From assembly GCA_045630665.1 (NCBI GenBank), contig JAZQTI010000010.1, positions 1 to 44,772 of the forward strand: DNA of 44,772 bases, in the 5' to 3' direction. This document shows positions 8,059 to 15,143 of this stretch, one piece after another (position 1 is the first letter of the stretch; the number at the start of each line of letters is the position of its first letter). The notes beneath the pieces were generated by a model. That model was given only the letters and a program-made list of their open reading frames with translations. It made no database searches and had not been told where the DNA came from. Made by a program: the position numbers and the translations under genes. The DNA is from Candidatus Scatovivens sp. (GTDB taxonomy: Bacteria; Bacillota; Clostridia; TANB77; CAG-508).

Positions 8059-8259
8059 ATGAAGGAAACCTATTCTAAGCACTGGGACAACAAGCATGGA
8101 TTTACCTACAAGGAGGCTCTCGAGAAAAAGGCGAAAGTCGAAGAAGGATTGGATCTGAATGATCCTAAGTGCAAGTGGAACCCCGCTGTGATTGAACCTG
8201 ATCCTGATCGTGTTGATGGCTACCGTGTAGTCAGAAAAACCAAGTCTGAAAAAGACTAA
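8059..8259 (+). CDS. Small hypothetical protein (66 aa), moderate GC
   Basis: RBS AGGGAGGAAAAAG and its own terminator. The antisense 78-aa ORF has no signals. Confidence 0.6.
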   Translation: MKETYSKHWDNKHGFTYKEALEKKAKVEEGLDLNDPKCKWNPAVIEPDPDRVDGYRVVRKTKSEKD

Positions 8260-8263
8260 GTGT

Positions 8264-8299
8264 AAAGCAGCTCGCATCCGTGAGCTGCTTTACTATTTT
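8264..8299 (+). terminator. Rho-independent terminator
   Basis: AAAGCAGCTC-gcatccgt-GAGCTGCTTT stem followed by a T-rich tail. Confidence 0.75.
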
Positions 8300-8439
8300 C
8301 AAAGATAAATAATAAATAATAAAAAATTTAAATTAGTACTAGAAATTATAAAAAAAGTGTGTTAATATATATACTGTGCTTGTTAAAAACAGGTATACAA
8401 AAGACAACAGCTATTTAGATATTATTTAGGAGGTCTAGG

Positions 8440-8556
8440 ATGTCGATAGGTAATAAATTAATTTATCTATTAATAAAAAAGAAAAAAGGTCCTAATAAAA
8501 TACTATCTAAAATAGCATCAAAAAGAAAATATGGAAACAGTATAAGTGCAAGTTAA
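8440..8556 (+). CDS. Candidate small basic peptide (38 aa, MSIGNKLIYLLIKKKKGPNKILSKIASKRKYGNSISAS)
   Basis: Not in the ORF track because it is under 60 aa. Perfect RBS AGGAGG 7 nt upstream of the ATG. The stop abuts a terminator hairpin. Confidence 0.4.
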   Translation: MSIGNKLIYLLIKKKKGPNKILSKIASKRKYGNSISAS

Positions 8557-8592
8557 AGAGAAGGGTGTATCATATCAACCTTCTCTTTTTTG
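8556..8592 (+). terminator. Rho-independent terminator
   Basis: AAGAGAAGG / CCTTCTCTT stem followed by a T-tract. Confidence 0.7.
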
Positions 8593-8670
8593 TTTGCTTT
8601 AAAAATAAAAAAGCAAGCAAAAGAAAAAATTTGAAATTGTCTAAAAAACTGCGTTTGTTTACAATAATAG

Positions 8671-8699
8671 TTGACAATAATGTTTGACCGTGATAAAAT
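8671..8699 (+). promoter_or_regulatory. Putative promoter TTGACA-17-TGaTAAAAT
   Basis: Consensus -35 at 8671-8676 and extended -10 at 8691-8699. Confidence 0.6.
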
Positions 8700-8762
8700 T
8701 CGCTTGCAGCAAGTGCTGTAGAATCCATTCAATATAATTATATGATAGGAGGTATTTGTGCT

Positions 8763-9938
8763 ATGCATGGGAAACCAAGACCAGGAGTGATTTCGAAAGG
8801 AATCAGAACTCCAATCATCATGCCGGGCAATGATGTTGTAAAAATCGTTGTTGACTCGGTAATCGCTGCGGTGGGTGTCGATGGTGTTCAGGAAAATGAC
8901 GCAATCGGTACTACTGAAGCAGTAGTGGCCATCGGCCAAGGAAACATCGTTACACAAGAGGAGGTTGTAGCTGATCTGAGTGCTAAGTTCGCAGGAGCAA
9001 AAGCAATCGCAGTTGTTGACCCGATCCAGAGCAGAAACAGATTCATGGCAATCTTGAAAGCCGTGGCTGCTATGCCTGAAATCAAGACTATTTACGTGGT
9101 TATGACTTACCCTACTGACGAAGTGGGTAACCGTCTGGTTTCTGAGGAAACTATGATGGAAAGCGGAGTAAATCCGTATCGTGATCTTCTTTCTCAAGAA
9201 GAGTTCTACAGAAGACTTGGAAAACCTTGTCATCCTTTCACTGGAAAGGACTACATGGAAATGTACAAGGAAATCTGTGGAGAAAAGGGAAAAATCCTGA
9301 TGTGCAACGACTTTTCTCAGATTCCTGCAATCTGCGGCGATGTGCTTGTATGCAGTATTCACAGAAGAGCGATGACTAAACGTATTCTTTTGAAGAATGG
9401 GGCAAACCGTGTGCTTGTCCTTTCTGAAATTATGAATGCACCTGTGAACGGCAGCGGCTACAATGCAGAATTCGGTCTGTATGGTAGCAACATTCAGGAC
9501 AATGATGATCTTAAATTGATGCCTAGAGACTGCGACAAGTTTGTCAAAGACGTTCAGGCAGAGATGTACAAGAGAACCGGTAAGCATGTTGAAGCCTATG
9601 TGTTTGGCGATGGAGCTTTTAAGGATCCTGTTGGAGGAATTTGGGAGTTGGCTGATCCGACTACTACTCCTGCAGCAACTGAAGGACTTCGCGGAACCCC
9701 TGAAGAGGTTAAGCTGAAGTACATCGCAAGTGTACACAAGGACAAATCTGCTGAAGAAATTGAGGAGATCGTGGCTGAGGAGAAGGCCGCAAGAAAGGCA
9801 GCAAAGGATATTACTGGAGCTGCATCTTTGGGAACTACTCCGAGACAGATCACTGACCTTATTTCTTCCCTTTCTGACCTTACTACCGGCAGCGGAGATC
9901 GTCAGACTCCGGTCGTGTTGGTACAAAATTACCTGTAA
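8763..9938 (+). CDS. CofE-like (F420-0:gamma-glutamyl ligase family fold) protein of unknown role
   Basis: The ORF is open from 8742. ATG 8763 lies 11 nt after AGGAGG. The pattern YGSN...DDLKLMPRD...TGKHVEAYVFGDG resembles the CofE (A)GID.SN...LLP.DPD signature. About 48% GC. Confidence 0.5.
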   Translation: MHGKPRPGVISKGIRTPIIMPGNDVVKIVVDSVIAAVGVDGVQENDAIGTTEAVVAIGQGNIVTQEEVVADLSAKFAGAKAIAVVDPIQSRNRFMAILKAVAAMPEIKTIYVVMTYPTDEVGNRLVSEETMMESGVNPYRDLLSQEEFYRRLGKPCHPFTGKDYMEMYKEICGEKGKILMCNDFSQIPAICGDVLVCSIHRRAMTKRILLKNGANRVLVLSEIMNAPVNGSGYNAEFGLYGSNIQDNDDLKLMPRDCDKFVKDVQAEMYKRTGKHVEAYVFGDGAFKDPVGGIWELADPTTTPAATEGLRGTPEEVKLKYIASVHKDKSAEEIEEIVAEEKAARKAAKDITGAASLGTTPRQITDLISSLSDLTTGSGDRQTPVVLVQNYL

Positions 9939-9972
9939 CAAGAAAAACCTATGAATAGGATTTTCTGACTTT

Positions 9973-10010
9973 GGGAGTATGCGTAAAAAACATACTCCCT
10001 TTGTTTTTTT
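9973..10010 (+). terminator. Rho-independent terminator
   Basis: GGGAGTATG / CATACTCCC stem followed by TTTGTTTTTTT. Confidence 0.8.
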
Positions 10011-10089
10011 AAAAATAAATATTGAATATAATTTTTTGTATTGATACAATATTAAAAATAGAATTATTTTACTAAAGAAAGGAGAAAAA

Positions 10090-10605
10090 ATGAAAAAAAC
10101 AGAAGTAGTACAAGAACCAAAAGAAAGAAAAGATTTAACAGCAAAAGCTTTTATGAAGATTGTTGTAGAAAATTGTTTTGTAAATATTATATTTTTTGGT
10201 TTTTTTCTAGGAATGATACAAATGCTAGCAAAAGAACATTTAAATGGAATATTATTAATTATAGCAACATTAATAATAACATATTTTGCCATTAAAAAAA
10301 TATTTGTAGATGCAGTTAGAGAAACTTTTTATAAAGGGAGAATTATAAGAAGTGAAATAAATAAAGTTGTACATGGTATTACAAAAATATTAGCAATTCT
10401 AATGCTTATTGAAATAGGAATGGATCTTTTCGATTTCTTTATTGGCTATGGAGCAGCGACTATATTAGCAATAAGAAATTTATATATAATTACAACATTG
10501 ATAGTAATAGTATTTGATATTTTGACATATGGATTAATAATGTTTTTTTGTAGAAAAAATTTCTTTGAACAATGTAAAAATCCTGAAAATATAGCAGAAG
10601 GGTAA
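10090..10605 (+). CDS. Hypothetical integral membrane protein
   Basis: 171 aa with several hydrophobic segments. RBS AAGGAGAAAAAA. Confidence 0.6.
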   Translation: MKKTEVVQEPKERKDLTAKAFMKIVVENCFVNIIFFGFFLGMIQMLAKEHLNGILLIIATLIITYFAIKKIFVDAVRETFYKGRIIRSEINKVVHGITKILAILMLIEIGMDLFDFFIGYGAATILAIRNLYIITTLIVIVFDILTYGLIMFFCRKNFFEQCKNPENIAEG

Positions 10606-10653
10606 AAGTTCGAAAAAGATTTTATATCGATAATTTATTGTTATATAAAAAAT

Positions 10654-10697
10654 AAAAACTATATTTATACCAAAAGGTTATAAATATAGTTTTTTTA
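10654..10697. terminator. Bidirectional terminator between convergent genes
   Basis: ACTATATTTATA / TATAAATATAGT 12-bp stem flanked by A- and T-tracts. Confidence 0.7.
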
Positions 10698-10709
10698 TTT
10701 TAAAAATAA

Positions 10710-11294
10710 TTATTCTTCATGTGTTTCTCTAGGGAAAACAAAACGAATTTCACTATCATAAAGTTGAAGTTTATATAAACGTTCGGTTCTTTTTGCAGCA
10801 TTGTTTAACATTAAAACTTCACACATTTCCCAAAGAGCAACCCAACCAGCAATATATAAAAACTCTAAGAAAACTTCTAAAAGAATATTTTCTAAAGCGT
10901 ATGATAAGATTAAAATAAGAATTCCTATTACGAATAAAGAAATACATTTTCTATTTGCAACATGAATATCATAATCTCTATCATCAATTTCCATACCATA
11001 ATTGTTTTTTATAACTTTTTTTACTCTTAATTGTTGTTCTTCTGGAATTTCAGGACAATGAATTTCAAGTAAAATAGGGTATTTTAAAGGTATGATATAA
11101 GCGATTTCTTCTATATAGTTACATACTTCATCAGACATTGCAAGTTTGATATGATCATGTTTCATATATAATTCATCAATTGAATTTAAATGAATTGGTA
11201 TTATAGCTTTACCATCTTTAATATAATGTTTTTCAATATAATCAGCTTCTCTAAATTTTATTTTACGATTTTTGAATCTGAATTTTGGTTTCAT
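10710..11294 (-). CDS. Hypothetical protein with C-terminal transmembrane helices
   Basis: The ORF track starts at 11408. The internal ATG at 11294 (MKPKFRF...) is preceded by GGGAGG with 6-nt spacing, giving 194 aa. Confidence 0.6.
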   Translation of the reverse strand: MKPKFRFKNRKIKFREADYIEKHYIKDGKAIIPIHLNSIDELYMKHDHIKLAMSDEVCNYIEEIAYIIPLKYPILLEIHCPEIPEEQQLRVKKVIKNNYGMEIDDRDYDIHVANRKCISLFVIGILILILSYALENILLEVFLEFLYIAGWVALWEMCEVLMLNNAAKRTERLYKLQLYDSEIRFVFPRETHEE

Positions 11295-11467
11295 AAAATC
11301 CTCCCTTGTATAATTCGAATTTATTATATCAATTAAAATTTTTAGTGTCAAAGCAAGTTTTAAGTAGAAAAATAAATTAAATACGAATATATTAGTTATA
11401 GATGGCATTGTAAAACAAAATATGATATAATATTTAAGAAATTTACAAGAATTTTAGAGAGGAAAAC

Positions 11468-11962
11468 ATGAAACCGCTAGATGAACTTATGGCTGACAAA
11501 ATTTACGAATTAGTAAACTACATGTTAGCTAAAAAAATAAAACCAGATATGAAGTTAGAAAGAGTAACATCATTAACAAGAGAAGATGTACGAAAGTTGA
11601 AAGAGAATCTTGGAATAGAAGGTGTTATTTTAGATATAGATGAAACTGTAAGAAAAGACATGAAGTCAATTCCAAAATGTAATCAAGAATGGATTGAAAT
11701 GCTAAAAAATGAATTAAAAGTTATAGTAGTTTCAAATGGAATAGATAGAGGAATTGAAGATTTCTTTAAATTGCAAGGAATAGATTATATTGGTTTTGCC
11801 CATAAACCAATGAAAAAGAATTTCATTAAAGCCTGTGAAAAAATGGGAATGCATCCAGAAAAAGTATTAGTAATAGGAGATAGCCTATTTAGTGATATTT
11901 GGGGTGGAAAAAGAAATAATATGAAAACAGCATTAGTAAAAAATGTAGACGAAGGAAGATAA
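11468..11962 (+). CDS. YqeG-type HAD-IIIA phosphatase
   Basis: DxDxT motif (ILDIDET), VVSNG, KP, and GDSLFSDIWGG. Confidence 0.75.
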   Translation: MKPLDELMADKIYELVNYMLAKKIKPDMKLERVTSLTREDVRKLKENLGIEGVILDIDETVRKDMKSIPKCNQEWIEMLKNELKVIVVSNGIDRGIEDFFKLQGIDYIGFAHKPMKKNFIKACEKMGMHPEKVLVIGDSLFSDIWGGKRNNMKTALVKNVDEGR

Positions 11963-11982
11963 AGTTGTACAAAGGAGTTATT

Positions 11983-13668
11983 ATGGAAAAACAATCTTTA
12001 AAAGAAATATTTGAACAAATTAATGCACCAGAGCTTACAGACGAATTACTTCAAGTAATTCAAAATAATGTATTTAGTCCTTATTTTTATAATTGTATTC
12101 AAAGAATAAATGCTTTAGATAAATCAGTATCAACTCAAATAAGTGATGCGGATCAAGCTAAAATTACAAAAAGTTTAGGAAGTGTTTGTCATAAACAATC
12201 AACATTTGATCATTATAAAAGTAAAGATTATGTGGCAGAAACAAATAATAGATTGTATATAAATTGTCCAAAACAAAATATAGCAGATATAATAATAACT
12301 TTTGCAGAAAAATGTAAGGAACAAGGATTACCATATTATTTCAAACATTGTACAGATAATGAATCTGTAAATGCAAGAAGAGCTGATCAAATTGTAATTT
12401 ATAGCAACATAATAGATACAGCAGATTATGTACAAATATTAAGAGAAATGGCACAAGAAAATCCACAATTGGTACAAAGTTGTGGAAATCCACCAGTGTT
12501 AACTGGAAATATAGATGGATGGATTGGATTTGGTGATGAGCCACTTAGATCTCAAAAGAAAGAACTAGGAAAAAAAGATGTTAGTTATTCATCTTTTAGA
12601 ACAGCAATTATAACAGAATTAATGGCTAATAGATTTATAGAAGATCCAGAAGAATTAAGACAAGCGATTTTAAGTGAATATGAAAAATATGGATTATCCG
12701 CAGAAAACCCTTGTGTAGGAACTGCTATGACAAGAGCTTATAAAGATGAAGACGGAATAATGCAAAAATTCGAAGAATCTTATGATAGACAAGTAAAGAG
12801 TAGTAAAAGCAGATCTAATTTACAAAAAGAAAGAGATATGCTTTCTGTTATAGAAATTTTAGAAAAGCATGAAGGAATATCTCCAGAATTAAGACTTGCA
12901 ATAGACAGTATGCTTGGAATTAGAAAGAATTATTTAAGTGATCTCACAAAAGAAAGTGCAAGTATGACAAAAGAAAATTTAGAATTTGAAGATTTACCAG
13001 AAAATGTTATTTTGTTTACATCATCAAATGAAATACAAATTGGGGAACAAAGAGCACTTGCTTGGGGTGTTGGTGCTGAAAATCGTTTAGATGAGCTTGA
13101 TCCAGATGTAAAAAAAGACACAATGCAAATATTGCAAAACGGAGTAATTAATCACTTTAAAAACAATGTTTTAGAAGATATACAAATAATAGAAGAATTA
13201 AAATCGAGATATCAAGAATTAGATGCATTAGATTTTTCTGGAAATTTAGATCTTGGAAAAGAACATGCAGATTTATATTCAAGAATTCAGATGGTATCAA
13301 GATCAAAAGAGTTTTTAATACAAGTTGGAGTTGATGAGCAAACAATAGGAGATGTATGCGAACAAACACAAGAATATTTAGATGAAATGAGTAAACTTGA
13401 TCCAGAAGTAGGAAATGAAATAGCAGAAAGAACAGGAAAAGAATTGCTAGAAACAATAGTAGAAGAGTTATCACAATATCCTACATTTGAATTTACACCA
13501 GATGTTGTAAAAGAATTAATAAAAGAAACTGGAATTGGTTTTGATGATGTTAATGCTACTATTGAAAAAATTGCTGAACAAACAAAAGCTTTAAGAGAAG
13601 GACAACAAGTAAATATAGAAGGAACAGAACAAGAAAACAAAAAACAAGATGATGAACCAAGTTTATAA
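11983..13668 (+). CDS. Large hypothetical protein. The N-terminal region possibly resembles the HopA1 / class-III lanthipeptide-synthetase lyase-like fold (low confidence).
   Basis: ATG 11983 lies 5 nt after AAGGAG. The pattern LYINCP...FAEKCKEQGLPYYFK...RRADQIVIY matches my recollection of the HopA1-family signature. The C-terminal half is acidic and helical. Confidence 0.45.
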   Translation: MEKQSLKEIFEQINAPELTDELLQVIQNNVFSPYFYNCIQRINALDKSVSTQISDADQAKITKSLGSVCHKQSTFDHYKSKDYVAETNNRLYINCPKQNIADIIITFAEKCKEQGLPYYFKHCTDNESVNARRADQIVIYSNIIDTADYVQILREMAQENPQLVQSCGNPPVLTGNIDGWIGFGDEPLRSQKKELGKKDVSYSSFRTAIITELMANRFIEDPEELRQAILSEYEKYGLSAENPCVGTAMTRAYKDEDGIMQKFEESYDRQVKSSKSRSNLQKERDMLSVIEILEKHEGISPELRLAIDSMLGIRKNYLSDLTKESASMTKENLEFEDLPENVILFTSSNEIQIGEQRALAWGVGAENRLDELDPDVKKDTMQILQNGVINHFKNNVLEDIQIIEELKSRYQELDALDFSGNLDLGKEHADLYSRIQMVSRSKEFLIQVGVDEQTIGDVCEQTQEYLDEMSKLDPEVGNEIAERTGKELLETIVEELSQYPTFEFTPDVVKELIKETGIGFDDVNATIEKIAEQTKALREGQQVNIEGTEQENKKQDDEPSL

Positions 13669-13680
13669 AATAGGAAAAAT

Positions 13681-14256
13681 ATGAAAGAAAATAAAGTATT
13701 ATATAAAATTTTAAAATTAATATATTTACCATTATTAAAAATTTTGTACAGACCAACAGCGAAAGGTTTAGAAAATATACCCAAAGATGGTCCGATCATT
13801 TTTGCAGGAAATCATCGTCATGCATTTGATCCAGTTGTTGTAATGTCACATACAAAAAGAACTGTACATTATATGGCAAAAGAAACATTGTTTAAAGGAA
13901 TTCATGGATTTTTATTTAAACAAATAGGATTAATAAAAGTATATAGAACAAAAAGTAATCCAGAAGCAATTTTAGAAGCAGAAGAAATATTAAAAAATGG
14001 TGGGACAATAGGAATTTTTCCAGAAGGAACTAGAAATAAAACAGAAGAAGAACTTTTAAGATTTAAGCGCGGAGCAGTAACAATTGCACAAAAAGCAAAT
14101 TGTAAAATAGTACCTTTTGCAATTAAAGGAGAATACAAATTATTCAGAAAAAAACTTGTAATAGAGTTTGGGAAACCAGTAGATGTAGCTCAAATGGAGC
14201 TAGAAAAAGCAAATGAATATATAAGAAATGAAGTTTTGAATTTACTTAGAAAGTAG
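13681..14256 (+). CDS. plsC: 1-acyl-sn-glycerol-3-phosphate acyltransferase
   Basis: HX4D motif (NHRHAFD) and FPEGTRN. Confidence 0.85.
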   Translation: MKENKVLYKILKLIYLPLLKILYRPTAKGLENIPKDGPIIFAGNHRHAFDPVVVMSHTKRTVHYMAKETLFKGIHGFLFKQIGLIKVYRTKSNPEAILEAEEILKNGGTIGIFPEGTRNKTEEELLRFKRGAVTIAQKANCKIVPFAIKGEYKLFRKKLVIEFGKPVDVAQMELEKANEYIRNEVLNLLRK

Positions 14257-14262
14257 GAATTT

Positions 14263-15129
14263 ATGAAATATATTTTTATTGTAAATGAAGGTGCTGGAAA
14301 AGGAAAAAGCCAAAAAATATTACCTAGAATTGAAGAAGAATGCCAAAAAAGAAAATATGATTATGAGATAAGAAAAATTACTAAAGAAAAAAGCGGATAT
14401 GATATAGCACTTGAATATAAAAATCAAGAAAATGTTATTTATGTAGTAGGTGGAGATGGAACTTTAGCTATCACATTACCAGCATTAGTTGGAACTAAAA
14501 ATAAATTAGGAATTATACCTGCAGGTTCTGGAAATGATACATACAGAACAGTAAAAACAATGGAAAATGGGGAACATTTAATAGACCTTGGAAAAATAAA
14601 TGATACATATTTTATAAATGTAGCATGTACTGGAATTGATGCAGAAGTAGGGAATAATATAGAAAAATTTAGAGATACAATAGTTCCAACAAGTCAACTT
14701 TACAATGTAAGTATAATATATACATTTGTAACTTTTAAATGTAAAAAAATAAAGATAAAAACAAGTATAAAAAATATAGAAGATGCTTATACCATTTTAA
14801 GTATTTGTAATGGGTCATATTATGGTGGAGGTTTCAAAATAGCACCAAAATCAAGATTAACAGATGGACTTTTAGACATTTACTATGCAGAAAAAATGTC
14901 AAAAGTAAAAATGATACCATTAATTTTAAAATTAAAAAATGGAAAACATGAAGGAAAAAGAAGAATACATAAATTTAGAACAAACCATGTTGAACTAGAA
15001 TTAGAAAAAGAAGTAACATTTAATGTGGATGGAGAAAGATTAACTGATAGAAAATTCATAATAGATGTGTTACCAAAAGCAATAACACTTTATAATGATA
15101 AAGAATTTGTAGAAGAAATAATGAACTAA
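14263..15129 (+). CDS. Diacylglycerol/lipid kinase (YegS/DagK family)
   Basis: VVGGDGTL and GIIPAGSGNDT motifs. Confidence 0.85.
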   Translation: MKYIFIVNEGAGKGKSQKILPRIEEECQKRKYDYEIRKITKEKSGYDIALEYKNQENVIYVVGGDGTLAITLPALVGTKNKLGIIPAGSGNDTYRTVKTMENGEHLIDLGKINDTYFINVACTGIDAEVGNNIEKFRDTIVPTSQLYNVSIIYTFVTFKCKKIKIKTSIKNIEDAYTILSICNGSYYGGGFKIAPKSRLTDGLLDIYYAEKMSKVKMIPLILKLKNGKHEGKRRIHKFRTNHVELELEKEVTFNVDGERLTDRKFIIDVLPKAITLYNDKEFVEEIMN

Positions 15130-15143
15130 TTTAGGAGGTTCTT

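Noticed and set aside
8553-10292. 579-aa minus-strand ORF overlapping the CofE-like gene and the start of the 10090 gene
   Set aside because: It is an antisense, codon-aligned artefact of the same codon avoidance. It has no start signals, and the plus-strand gene has a promoter, an RBS and a terminator.
13157-13799. Several 65-170-aa minus-strand ORFs in AT-rich genes, together with similar ones at 461..850, 15187..15901, 16634..16965 and 42263..42562
   Set aside because: They give F/L/I/S-rich low-complexity translations typical of the antisense of K/E/N-rich genes. They have no RBS and are fully nested in well-supported plus-strand genes.
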